Positions 47,883 to 61,048 of a DNA stretch of 64,000 bases are shown in pieces. This DNA comes from Eremomyces bilateralis CBS 781.70 (Eukaryota). The notes under the pieces are model-generated. The model did not search any database. It worked only from the letters and a program-made list of their open reading frames with translations, and was not told where the DNA came from. The DNA lies in NCBI GenBank assembly GCA_010015585.1, contig ML975158.1. The stretch is one strand, 5' to 3'. Made by a program: the position numbers and the translations under genes. Position 1 is the first letter of the stretch. The number at the start of each line of letters is the position of its first letter.

Positions 47883-50244
47883 ATGGAAACGGCACGGCGG
47901 AATCGCGACCAGTGTTGCTGTGGCATTGATACATGTCCGTACATTCTACATTCCAACCAGCGTCTCGAGGACCTCGAGCGCGACCTTTTGACGGCTGCGG
48001 AACTTGGGCAGGTGAATACTCACTTTCATTGCCTTGTGAATAATGCGCTGTCACTTTTGCGCCAGCGTGGCTGCCTTTCCATTGAACCTGATATTGCCGG
48101 TTGTTGCCTTGACGATGACTTCTTTGCTGACTTGGTCGCTGCAGGATCTCTTGATCCGGCATGAGGCGTATGTAGCCGATACTGAACAAGAACGTCGCCA
48201 AATGTCCGCGAAAATCGAGCAGATGGAGCGACAGAAGGCGGAGCTGGAAGCGCAAAACGCTCGAACCATCGACGAGAACCGTACCCTGTTGGACCAGCTG
48301 GAAGACCTCAATGGGGCGACGCTCGACTCCGATTCAACGATCCAATCCCTCACCGGCGCTCTCGAATCAACCCAAGAGGAACTTCGTCGCGTATCGATTC
48401 TTGCGTCGCGGGCGGAGACCTTGGAGCGGCAGCTTTCGCATCTGGAGAAGGACCAGGCGCAAATCCAAGGGACCTTGGTGACCACCGCGACGGAGGAACG
48501 GACGGCGATCCAGCGATGGCGGAACGCAGAGAAGACCATATCGCTTCTTCAAGATCAAATCGAGCAGATCGAGAAAGAAGCGCGAGAGGAGCGGGAGAGG
48601 CATGCAGAAGTTATTTCACGTACGGAGGGACGTATTGCCGTTGAGAGCGCTTTGGACACCACGGTTCGGAAAGTCAGAGGCACAGCGGCAGCGAAAGGCA
48701 CCGAGACAGGGGAGAACAGGATCGTGTCCAACTTCGTGCGCGATATTCTCCAGGACAATGCCAATCTCCAGGTTGGAATCGTGGAGTTACGCGATATGCT
48801 CACCAATTCCAATGAAGAGGTGGAGCGATTACGAGAACAGTTCATCGCACACCAACCCGTCGAAATCGATACAATCTCATCTCCCACCCTTGAGAGGGAG
48901 CTTGGGGATCACGAACCGGTTGGTCCACGAGAGGTCCACGTACACCATCACTACCATGCCGCGCCGGAAGCAAGTCCCAGGCTGAAAGTTCCTGTTCAAC
49001 GACGCGGAAAGAAAAGGCGCTCTCTCGGACAAGAAGGACAACATTCCGCACGATCGTCCATATCGCGCATTGCTCCTATCGCGCCAACGTCTACCACGGC
49101 AATCCTCTCGCAAACTTCAGTCACGATCCCCCATCAGCGTCCACCGAGATGGTCCCTTCAATCTACAGCCGGCGTTTCCATCGCATCCTCTCTGCCCAGC
49201 TCGCCTTACGCCCATTCTCGGCGGACATCGTCTGTGTTCGACCGCGTCTTCAGCGATGTGCCGATGGACTCTTCGCGCCCTACGAGCCCGGAGAGCAATG
49301 CGGCGGGCTCACCACTGCTAACCTCAATCGATGACAGCAATTGGCAGAGACCCCTTGGTGTGATTCGATCTATGGAGACCCTTAACACAGGCGATGAACC
49401 CGGCATGTCCACTCCGACGAAGGCGCGCCCAAGTCAAGAGATCACGGCAGCATCGCCCGTAGCCGGGCACTTCGCGCCGGACGCAAGCGCCTTGTCTCCT
49501 CGATCATTCAGCGCATTCCCACCGGAAATGACCATCTTCGAAGAAGGCTCCGAAACCACCCCTCAACCCACCAACTCCGATTCTGCCGACATCTTCGCCC
49601 CCCGTCTCCGCCGTGCCGCTTCCCATGACTCCATTCTTTCCCTCGCTCTCGATTCCGACTCCCTACAACCCACGCGAGGCCGACCAACCCACCAACCCTC
49701 CCTCTTCCCCAGCCACTCCCCCAATACCCCGACTTTCTATTCCACGCCCACAATCGCCACCCCCTCGTCCGCCATCCCCTCCCGCCCCATCTTCACCGCC
49801 GCCACCACCCTCCGCACCAGCCTCTCCCGCAGCGACCTCACGAGCAGCTCCCTCACCCGCTCCCTTCTCCGCGCCACCTCCCCGCACCCCTCCATCCCCT
49901 CCGCGCCCAACCTCTCCCCCACCCGCCGCTCTATCAGCACCACCCGCAAACTCGGCGGCTGGGTCTGGGGCAACTGGGGCGTCGCCCCCACCCCCTCGAT
50001 GATCTCCACGCATCCGGTGGACCGGGGCGTCCCGTCACAGCAGCCGTCGTCGCAGAGCGGGGGATCCGGCTCGCTGAAAGAGAGAAAGCCGAGACCGCGC
50101 CTGCCGGGGGTGAATCAGGCGGGATGGATTCTGGGATTTCAGCCGGAGCCGCCGGTGGCGTTTAACGTGGAGCCGGAGCGGGTGGATTCGGAGGCGTTGG
50201 GGGAGGCGTTAGGGGGGGCGGCGGAAGGGACGAGGCGGATGTAG
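47883..50244 (+). CDS. Uncharacterised ~742 aa protein: Cys-rich N-terminus, long coiled coil, Ser/Pro-rich tail
   Basis: Inferred exons 47883-48011 and 48145-50244 (GT donor, CTGAC branch point, CAG acceptor, phase 0). CCCGxxxC motif, AAELG motif, about 240 aa of heptad-like E/Q/R/L-rich sequence, C-terminal GWVWGNWG and PGVNQ motifs. Confidence 0.8.
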
Positions 50245-50976
50245 CGAGGTGGTTAGGTTGTTGCGACGCTGTGGCATCCACGCGCACTAGGCGCATCTCC
50301 TTTGTCTTTGGGGGATTGGGGGGGCTTTAGTTAGGGGTTCTTTCGCACGGAAAGGGGCGTCGTGATACCCAAATACCCATTTCCTATGTCCGGGGGTTGG
50401 AGTCCGTGGGAGGACTGGATCGCATCAGGCATATTTACATAGGGTTTAGGGTTAGAGGGTCATTCAATCGTTACAGACAAATTTAATCAAGTAGATTGTG
50501 CACTGTGCCCAATCCGTCTAGAACGAGCATCGCAAGCTTGAAATAGGCATCTGATGAATAACGCTCTTGATATGATGACAAGGAGTGTGGCTGAGTCAGT
50601 ACTAAGAAATATTCCACGTGACGCGCACGCGTCCTCGCCCACGCTACACCCGCCCTTGTCTGGTGGTTCCGCCCAAATTACGATTGTGGCTGAGCGGGTC
50701 TGGGGTGGATTCCGGTTGGCGACAAGTCGGAAGTAAACCTCCGTCCACTTGCTGACGTCGGAGGGCCACGAATTGCGACCCTTCAAGTGACATGTATCGC
50801 CATAACCCACAATTTCCCTTTCGCTTTCTTCCTTCCACTGTCCCTTTCCTCTTCTCCTCCTCGACACCGGATTTCGATCTTCCTCGAAGCCTTATCGCCA
50901 TACGTTTCCCCATCCCGTCGCACAAACGACTGCCTTGAGCCTCCACACGTATCCGACCGCATAGTCGAAGGCCGAT

Positions 50977-53900
50977 ATGGTAGGATCCCGAGTGGATTGA
51001 AGATGCAACTCGTTCGCCACGATCTGACCCTCGATAGGCTGTGACGAAGCGGGCAGGCCGCAAGAAAGATGCCGCCAATGCGAAGCAATCTGCGGGCGCG
51101 GGCCGCGGTGGCTCCAAAGGCATCCAGAAAGCCGCGTTCGAAATCGCGAAGAAGAAGGAGGTCGGCGTCTCCGACTTGACGCTGATCAGCAAGATCTCCA
51201 ACGAAGCCATCAACGACAACCTGAAGAAGCGGTTCGAGAATGCGGAGATCTATACGTATATCGGCCATGTGCTGGTGTCGGTGAACCCGTTCCGCGACTT
51301 GGGCATTTACACAGACCAGGTATTGGATAGCTACAAGGGGAAGAACCGGCTGGAGATGCCGCCGCATGTGTATGCCATCGCGGAAGCGTCGTATTACAAC
51401 ATGAACGCGTACAAAGAGAACCAATGCATCATTATCTCGGGGGAGTCAGGTGCAGGGAAGACGGAGGCGGCGAAGCGGATCATCCAGTACATCGCGAACG
51501 TTTCCGGCGGTAGCAACGGCTCCATTCAGGAGATCAAGGACATGGTCCTCGCGACGAATCCATTACTAGAGTCCTTCGGCAACGCCAAGACACTGCGGAA
51601 CAACAACTCGTCGCGGTTCGGGAAGTATCTGGAAATCCAGTTCAACGCGCAGGGGGAGCCGGTGGGCGCGAACATCAACAACTACCTCCTCGAAAAATCC
51701 CGCGTGGTGGGTCAAATCGCGAACGAGCGGAACTTCCACATCTTCTACCAGTTCACCAAATCGGCGTCGAACAACTACCGCGAGATCTTTGGGGTGCAGC
51801 AACCCCAGTCATACGATTACACGAGCCGATCAAAGTGTTACGATGTCGACGGAATTGATGACCATGCCGAATTCAAGGACACGTTAAATGCGATGAAGGT
51901 TATTGGCATGTCGCAAGAAGAGCAGGACAATGTTTTCCGGATGTTGACTTGCATCCTGTGGATCGGTAACATCACGTTCGGCGAAGATGAGCAGGGCGAT
52001 GCGAAGATCAAAGACCGATCAGTGATTGACTTCGTCGCATACCTATTGGAAGTCGATGCGGCACACGTCGACAAAGCATTGACCGAGAGAGTGATAGAAA
52101 CCAATCGCGGTGGGCGACGAGGGTCCGTCTACGATGTCCCACTCAACATCCCCCAAGCGCATTCTGTGCGCGACGCCCTTGCCAAAGCGATCTACACCAA
52201 CATGTTCGACTGGATCGTCCAGCGCGTCAACGCGTCGCTGAAAGCCCGCGGCGCCATCGCCTATTCGATCGGCATCCTCGACATCTACGGATTCGAGATC
52301 TTCGAGAAAAACAGCTTCGAGCAACTGTGCATCAACTACGTGAACGAGAAACTGCAGCAGATCTTCATCCAGCTGACGCTCAAGACCGAGCAAGAGGAGT
52401 ACGAGCGGGAGCAGATTAAGTGGACGCCGATCAAATATTTCGACAATAAGGTTGTCTGTGACTTGATCGAGGAAAAACGGCCTCCGGGTGTCTTCGCTGC
52501 GCTAAACGATGCATGCGCTACTGCTCATGCGGATCCAGGCGCGGCAGACCAGACATTCGTCCAGAGGATGAACATGCTGTCTTCGAATCAACATTTCCAG
52601 CCCCGACAAGGCCACTTTATCATCAAGCACTACGCTGGCGATGTCTCCTATGCCGTCGAGGGTATGACCGACAAGAACAAGGACCAGCTCCTTAAGGATC
52701 TTCTCAACCTCGTAGCTCAAAGCGGGAATAATTTCTTGCACACTCTATTCCCGCACGAAGTCGATCAAGATAACAGGCGTCGACCCCCGACAGCCGGTGA
52801 TAAGATCAAGGCGTCGGCGAATGATCTGGTTGCAACGCTCATGAAATGCTCTCCTTCTTATATTCGAACGATCAAACCCAACGAGAACAAGTCTGCGTCC
52901 GAGTACAATTCCGGTAATGTTCTTCACCAGATCAAATACCTCGGTCTCCAAGAGAACGTGCGGATTCGACGCTCCGGTTTCGCCTATCGACAAACGTTCG
53001 AGAAATTCGTCGAGCGGTTCTACTTGCTGTCACCGAAGACTTCGTACGCTGGCGAATATACCTGGACGGAAGATTACCCATCTGGGGCGCGTCAGATTTT
53101 GAAGGATACGAACATTCCAAACGAAGAGTACCAAATGGGCGTCACGAAGGCTTTCATCAAGACTCCGGAGACGCTGTTCGCGCTTGAAACGATGCGAGAT
53201 CGATACTGGCATAACATGGCCATCCGGATCCAGCGAGCGTGGAGGAACTACCTGCGGTACCGTACCGAGTGTGCCATTCGAATCCAGCGGTTCTGGAGAA
53301 GAATCAATGGAGGGAAGGAGTACATCCAGGTACGAGACTACGGGCACCAGGTGCTTGCTGGACGGAAAGAACGACGTCGTTTCAGTCTATTGGGCTACCG
53401 CCGGTTCATGGGAGATTACCTTGGTCTTGCTAATAAGGGTGGGCCCGGAGAAATGATTCGCGGCGCCATTGGGGTCAGCCCAGGCGAGCCGGTGCTGTTC
53501 TCCTGCCGTGCGGAACTGCTGGTCTCCAAGCTCGGTCGATCGAGTAAGCCCGAGCCTCGGATGCTGGTCCTCACCGGAAAGACCATCTACATCGTGAAGC
53601 AAGTCATGGCCAACAACCAAGTGCAGATCTTGGCGGAACGAACTATCTCGATTGGGGCCCTTCGATTTATCAGCGCGACGAATCTCAAGGATGACTGGTT
53701 CTCGATCGGGGCCGGATCTCCGCAGGAACCAGATCCTTTGGTCCGATGCGTTTTCAAGACCGAGTTCTTCACGCACTTGGCCAGGGCGCTCCGGGGGATG
53801 GATCTAAAGATAGGGCCACAGTAAGCAGTCGACTAGGGCTTGAGACCGTATTGCTGACTTCGTATAGAATCGAGTACAACAAAAAGCCGGGGAAGCCTGC

Positions 53901-54914
53901 CGTGGTCAAGTCGCAGCGGGATCCAACCGTTCCCAGGGACGATTTGTACAAAAGTGGCACTATCCACACCGGCCCTGGCGAGCCGCCTAATTCGGTATCG
54001 CGGCCGACCCCTCGAGGCAGGCAGATAGCTGCGAAGCCTATCACTAAGGGTAAGCTGCTACGACCCGGTGGCCCAGGCGGTGGTCCTTCGAAGCTGGCAT
54101 CTCGCGCTGTGCCGCAGGCCAGACCTGTCCCTTCCCAACCCACCCAACCACGGGCGGTTCCCCAACCCGTGGCCGCAGTCAACGGCGCCGCAAGAAGCAC
54201 GTCATCCATGCCGTCTGCGGCTACAGCTGCAGCCAGGGCGCCCCCTCCCCCTCCCCCTCCCGCCGCCGCACCGGCGCCAAGGGAACCCACGTACCGTGCC
54301 TTATACGATTTCGCCGGACAAACGAGCGGGGAGATGAGCGTGACGAAGCACGAAATCGTTGAGGTCACCCAGAAAGAGGGCAACGGTAAGTCCATCCTCC
54401 TGCCCCTCCTGCCCCTCCTTCCCCTCCTGGTCCCGCCACCGCACTTCTCGCTCCCGGGCCGATCGTCCAATATATCTCTAACGCGCCGCGTCCAGGTTGG
54501 TGGTTAGCTCGCCGCCTCGACCACTCCGCCTCGGGTTGGACCCCCTCGGCGTACCTCGAAGCATACACTCCCCCCGCAGTGCAGCAAGCCCCGCCTCCGC
54601 CTCCACCTCCGGCCGCTCGCGCCGTTCCCGCCCCTCCCGTCGCCAATGGTATCGCGGCTCACGGCCCCGCAGCCGGCGCCCGTGCCAAACCCACACCTCC
54701 CACCCCTCCGGCGAAGCGGCCTGCGGGCAACAAACCGCTGGTGCCGGTCGCGCCGCGCGACAGTGGGTATTCGGGCAGCGGGGCCAGCGCGGGGGGCGCG
54801 GACACGCCGGCACGTGATAGCGGGGGGAGTCTTGCGGGCGGGTTGGCGGAGGCATTGAAGGCGAGGCAAGCGGCGATGAATTCGAGGCGTCCGGCAAATG
54901 ACGATGATTGGTGA
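50977..54914 (+). CDS. myoA: Class I myosin
   Basis: P-loop [27 protein letters not shown]-site Ser (GRRGSVY), two IQ motifs, TH1, SH3 (ALYDF..GWW..PSAY) and acidic DDDW end. Inferred exons 50977-50979, 51038-53820, 53868-54385 and 54496-54914. Confidence 0.97.
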
Positions 54915-57900
54915 AGGGATATGAGGCACGGGAAAGAAGGGAGGAAGGTGGAGCTCGAGACGCCCGTGTGCAATGTAATTGAGTTTTTCGGTCCAGCGTT
55001 GCTTGCGGTGGAGGATTCGATTGGAAGCGGATCAGTTTCTTCGAGGGTTTTGCGCCGGTTGTCCACCTCCTCGCTTTCCTCGAGGGATGCAGGTCTATAT
55101 CAATTTCCTGGATGTTATAGTACCACCGCCGTGACGCGGTCCCCATGACACGATGGAAAAGTTTAAAATATTGGGATGGTCAGGCGGCCAGCGGTGTTGC
55201 TGCATGCTTTGAGCAGAGCGAGACAGGTGTTCGTATTGAGCGTTGGGTTAGCCGGTATGTGGTTATACAGGATCGCAGTATAGCAAGGTTAGCCTTGGTT
55301 TGACTTCCAAAATCACGCTTGCATGTCCATCCATCACCCAAGAGCGGAGTAACGGCTGGGAATTGTGCATCCTATTGGATTAGCAATGTACTTGGTGTGC
55401 TTTTCCGGTCGTATGCAGTCGTTTATGCTCCCGGCTGTCTCAGATATAGAGGATAGTGGAGTCAAGGCGAGGGTGCTTAGATCGTATAGGTATGCATGAA
55501 CTGTTACTTTTCGGATTCGGACGAGAGCACATGATGTTTCTGTACGAGGTTCGTCCTTCCATTGTCACGGCAGATAATTGCTGATGTGGTGTCCACGTTG
55601 CCTTCGTTAATGTCAACTTATTGTTTCGTACGTCGTCTCATACGTCACCACACTTTGAGGACTAGTTTTCGACCAAGTGTTTTAGCAAGAAGAAGCATCT
55701 GTGGTTCCGAACTGGTACCGACTGGTACCGCCGTTCATGCCAGCCCGAACCATGAGTCCTACCAAGCTCGGGACAGTTGGTGGCATTCGGCCGGATATAA
55801 CTTTCAACTGCCATCCAAGCTTTGCCTGACCGTTAACTTCGTAGAGGGAATACCTAGTAGTGAGTCGGTACTCTTGCAAGTAGCAGCAGATATTTAGCAG
55901 ACTAACCCCCACGTCCATCGTCAGGGCTATTTCAAAATGAATGGGACTACGCACTAGTTCTAACTGCTACCCGGTTGCTACGAAGAGGTCGAATGAGACT
56001 AGAGTGCGTTATCCAGTGCTGTAATCGCCAAATGGTATGGATCAAGGGCCTAATATTGATTGATAGCAGTTACAGCGTGAATCCTTTACCCGAACATAGG
56101 ATAGACCATTACCGATCTGCTGCTCGACATCAGATTATACTCCCACAGGCAACATCGTGATACAGGCCGGAAGTAAAGGTAGCCATTACCCCGCGTGGAG
56201 GATCCTTTTGCTTCAGAGGATCACAGTCCAATATCGGGTAATATCCTCGCCACGTTGTTCATCCCTGTCCCGTATAGATCTCATCGCTCAAGTGGATCGC
56301 GTCTGGGGAATATAGTGTGGACATATGTAACCACGGTATCCAGTAACTTTCCTCGTCGGTCCAGTTGTCGGTTCTTAGGCCCGTCTCAGCCGTCTGCGTG
56401 CGACCTGTTGAGGCAAATTGCTACCTCCAGGTATTCTTGCCGCGGCGCTTTCGGGCCTCCTCCCACCATCTCAACGATGCGTTTTCTCCCCGTTCGATGG
56501 GTATGGGAATGGACATGGCAAGGTGGTGTCACCTGGTCTATCCGACAATGCGGTCGGTTGGTCTGAAGATGCATCGATGCATGAAGCATGAAGCGGCAAA
56601 ATGCATATCATAACCGGAATCTCTCCAATGGGTCCTCTGCCCTTGCATATGTGTGGTGCATAATATTACCGTGCGTGTAAGGGCTAAATTATTGCAGCAG
56701 TCAGCGTTCGACCTTGTTTGCTGCTCGCTGGAGAATCATGGAGTGCACTGAGCGCCGTGGTGTCCGCACTTTATCCGTCAAACCGCAACGTCGGTCGAAT
56801 CCTTACACAATACAGGTACACAGGAACTCCCAACGACCCACGATTCGAATCACAACTGATCCACCCATTTCAAGGATGACGTCTCCAATGGTGCATAAGC
56901 ATGACATTCTGTGTTTTGCCATTTCATCCAGCCGAGCACATCAGCCACGATCCCTTCGCTGAAGCGGAGCTACCTGCTCCGAGATCAATTGATCCTACGA
57001 TAGGGTCGAGCTAGAGGCAGCGTACGCCTGAAACCAATTGGGCCGCTTTCCTTGGATCCTTTCGGACGACGATCGTGAGAGGAAGAATAGTATCTGGTCG
57101 GTACCGATAAGAACACAATTCTCCGAAACTCCATCCTTGATAGGAGTAATCGAGTTGATCTCGCATCGTTGCTGGATGCTCATTGTAGGGTTGGTCCAAC
57201 ATTCAATGCAGCGGAGCGGAGCCACACAGAGCTCGTTTCAGATGAAGAGCAAATCCAAACGGATTCTCGCGTGCTGCTGCCACGGGAACACCACGAGGTC
57301 CCGAAAAGTCAAAATCCTCAAATGCATAATCAACTTCGGGCTGAAATGTAGCGCGATTCGCGGCAACCAAAGAGCGCCGTTCCTTCATCCCATCACATTT
57401 GGTCCTTCAATTGACGTCGAACAGAGCAATGATCCCTGTTCCCATGGCCCGTCCAAAATTACTGGGGCCTTACTCCAGGGCAAGCAGGAGTAGCATATAT
57501 CATCTTGAATCGACTTTCCAGGGCTCAACTGCTATTCTGGATGGATGCATGCATCAGACCCGCATGTCCCATGTTCAAACCTAGCATAGTATCGTCGACT
57601 ACTAGAGAAACACTATTTATATTGGTTTGTACAGGTCTATCTAGTGAGAACGTGCTCGCGTCGATCTTTCATCTCAAAGAACTTCCTAACTTGTCCGTCT
57701 GGCCTCTTTTATCCCTTTCCCATACGGGTATTTCAAGGCGTTGGTATCCCTTGCTGTGCTTCATCGGCTCCCTGCGTTTTCCCAAGCTTTTGTCTCTTCA
57801 CACCGCTGTTCATTTTCCGCATTTATCCTCTTAGTTTGTCCGGTCATATTGCCGCGTTTACCGTTCAACTGAACCTTAACTCGGCGATCTCGTCATCATC

Positions 57901-58080
57901 TACGGCAGTTGTCTGATACCATCATACCTGCACCCCTGTCCGGAGTCTAAGAACCCACTCCTTGTCGCCTCCCAACCGACGTTTGCCCGGACCCTGTCCT
58001 GTAGTGGGCTGATACCCAAACGCTGTTCCGGTGCATCCACTTTGGAGGGTATATATATATACCTGTTCAGACACTTCGAT

Positions 58081-61048
58081 ATGGTCACGGCCAACACGCA
58101 CCTCTTTGCTGTCGTACCGGACGGAAACATGGCCGGAAAGAAAGTGTATTCGGCGCCAAGGGCTGACCAGCAAGCCAGAGAACTTGCGTCCAAGCTGACA
58201 CTGGAAGAACAGGCAAGTGTTGCACCTCTATACCCACTTGGCATGGAACGAAAGTCCTAGCATATCGATATCGTTTTCTATGATGACCTTCTGGTGTCTT
58301 CCTGTGCGTTTCAATGCACTTCAATATTCCTTTTCCGTGATACACTCAAACAGTTGTTGGGTCATCTAAAAACAGAGACAGCTATTGTTCCGATGCAGTG
58401 TTTCTTGGTAGAGGGTCACGTGAAGAGTGCCACTAACAGTGCTATTAGATATCTCTTCTTGCTGGAGCAGACTTCTGGAGGACAGTAAAGATACCAGGAA
58501 AGGGGATACCCTCGATCAAGACGACCGATGGTCCAAGTGGAGCCAGGGGCGAGTTCTTCAAGAACGGCACCAAGGTATGGGTCAGATTGTTCAAAATCCA
58601 TGATGGTCATTGTGCTCACATTTTCAGGCTGCCTTCTTTCCATGCGGGATATCCCTCGCTGCGACATGGAACCGAGATCTTATTGAGAAGGTCGGGGAGC
58701 ATCTCGGCGAGGAAACCAAAGCTCGTGGAGCGCAAGTGTTGCTCGCACCAACAGTATGCATGCATCGATCGCCGCTAGGCGGGAGGAACTTTGAATCCTT
58801 CTCCGAAGATCCATTTCTTACCGGCAAGCTTGCTGCGTCGTACATTCGCGGCGTGCAGAGCAAGGGGGTCGCAGCGACCATCAAGCATTTCGTTGCTAAC
58901 GAACAGGAGACGCTGCGGATGACCATTGACATTCTCGTGGCAGAAAGACCGTTACGTGAGATTTACCTCAAGCCATTTGAAATTGCTATTCGAGAGTGTT
59001 CACCCTGGGCGTTGATGAGTTCGTACAATCTGATCAATGGGATTCATGCGGACATGAATGAGCAGACCTTGACTCATATATTGAGAGAGGAGTGGGGATA
59101 TGACGGGTAAGTTAAGGAGTGCAGCTTTAGCAGCGCAGATGGATAACAGTCTTGGCAGCCTAGTCATGTCTGATTGGACTGGTACTAACTCCGTGGCCCA
59201 AGCCATCAGCGCAGGCTGCGATCTGGAGATGCCTGGTCCAGCCAAGTGGCGTGGCGAGCGTGCCATCAAGGCTGTCGAGGAGGGTGAGCTCTCAAAAGAG
59301 GCTGTCGAAAAAGCAGCGGGCAACGTTTTACGCTTAATCGATCGCACCCTCGGCCTCCGGGACGTCCCAGAGCCTCCGGAGAAATCCAATGACAACCCAG
59401 AGCTACGCGACCTGATTCGCGACGCTGGCATCCAAGGTTTGACATTGCTAAAGAATGAAAATGCATTGCTTCCAATCCGGTCGGCGAAAAAGGTTGCTGT
59501 CATTGGTCCCAATGCCCACCGCGCCATCGCCGGTGGTGGAGGAAGCGCCAGCTTGAATCCATATTACCTTACTTCACCACTGGACGGGATACAGAGTGTC
59601 TTCAAAGGAGAGGTTGTCTACGCACAAGGATGTGACACTGCGAAATGGCTGCCTTTAGCTTCCGATTTCTGTGAAACACCAGATGGGCGCAAAGGCGTCC
59701 TGCTGGAGTATTACCATGGCGATCGATTCAAAGGCGATCCAGGGGTGATTGAACACAAGAGCTCGACCGATCTCTGGCTTTGGGACTCGGCGCCGAAATC
59801 CGTTCTGCCAGTGTACTCATTCAAAGTGAAAGCCATCCTCACCCCCAAGACGACCGGAAATCACACATTTGGCTTTTCCTCCGTCGGGCCTGGACGGCTG
59901 TTCCTGGACGGTAAACTCTTTGTCGACAACTGGAACTGGACCGAAGAAGGCGAGGCGATGTTTGAAGCCTCTCAAGACGTCGCTAAGTCTATCTTCCTTG
60001 AAGCCGGCAAGGCGGTCACCATCCTCGTCGAAAGCACAAACGAGGTGCGTCCGGCCAGTAAACAATCACTCGGCCCCTCACACGGGTATGGCGGTTGTCG
60101 TATTGGTTACGAGGAAGAGTCGAAGGAAGATCTACTCGCAGCTGCTGTCGATGCGGCAAAGAATGCCGATGTGGCGGTCGTCGTCGTCGGACTCGATGGA
60201 GAATGGGAGTCAGAAGGCTACGACAGGCAGACTATGGACTTACCCAAGGATGGCAGCCAGGATCGTCTAGTCGAAGCGATCTACGCGGCCAATCCGCAAA
60301 CTGTGGTGGTGAACCAGTCCGGTACACCCGTGACGATGCCATGGGCAGACAGCGTCCCTACCATTCTCCAGGCCTGGTACCAAGGCCAGGAAGCCGGCAA
60401 TGCGCTTGCAGAGGTGCTGTTCGGATTACAGAGCCCCAGTGGTAAACTGCCAACGACGTTCCCACGACGACTGAAGGATAACCCGGCCTACCATAATTGG
60501 CCTGGCGAGAACGCGAAGGTGCTGTATGGTGAGGGGATCTATATCGGATATCGCCACTACGAGCGGTCCCATGTCGAACCGCTGTTCCCATTCGGCCACG
60601 GTCTCTCATACACGACATTCGCATATGGCGAGCCACGGATCTCGAATAACGTCCTCAACGAGAACCAAGTCATCGAGGTGTCGGTACCGGTCACCAACGC
60701 CGGGTCTTTCACCGCGTATGAGACGGTGCAAGGCTACATCAAGGACGTCAGATCCCGACTTCCACGACCCGAGAAGGAGCTACAGTCATTCGAGAAAGTC
60801 CTTCTGAACCCAGGAGAGACCAAGGTGGTCAAATTGCGGTTTGATAAGTATTCCGTGGGGTACTACGATACCAGCCTCGAGGCCTGGATCGCAGAGGAGG
60901 GTGAGTTTCAGGTTCTGGTCGGTGCGAGCTCGGCGGATATTCGGTACGTTTCTTGTCCTTTATCGTGCTTCCATTGTGACTAACGTTTGGTCTTCGTAGG
61001 GGTTCCATCTCATTCGCTGTTGTGGAATCGTTCACTTGGGTATTTTAG
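58081..61048 (+). CDS. GH3 beta-glucosidase with PA14-like insert and FnIII domain; no signal peptide, so probably intracellular
   Basis: Motifs LTLEEQ-ISLLAGADFW, TDGPSGARG, GGRNFESFSEDP, IKHFVANE, VMSDW (nucleophile), ESEGYDR and PFGHGLSYT. Inferred exons 58081 (or 58129)-58212, 58449-58574, 58628-59106, 59159-60943 and 61000-61048. Confidence 0.93.

Noticed and set aside
50441..50460. Telomere-like agggtttagggttagaggg
   Set aside because: Only about two imperfect TTAGGG units in a 3' region; too short to call an interstitial telomere.
54386..54495. C-rich repeat read as LLPLLPLLP in ORF 53746-54507
   Set aside because: It lies inside a canonical myoA intron that splits the SH3 domain, so it is not coding.
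55150..58000. Short ORFs in the 2.9 kb between myoA and the GH3 gene
   Set aside because: No recognisable motifs or consistent splice structure; treated as intergenic.
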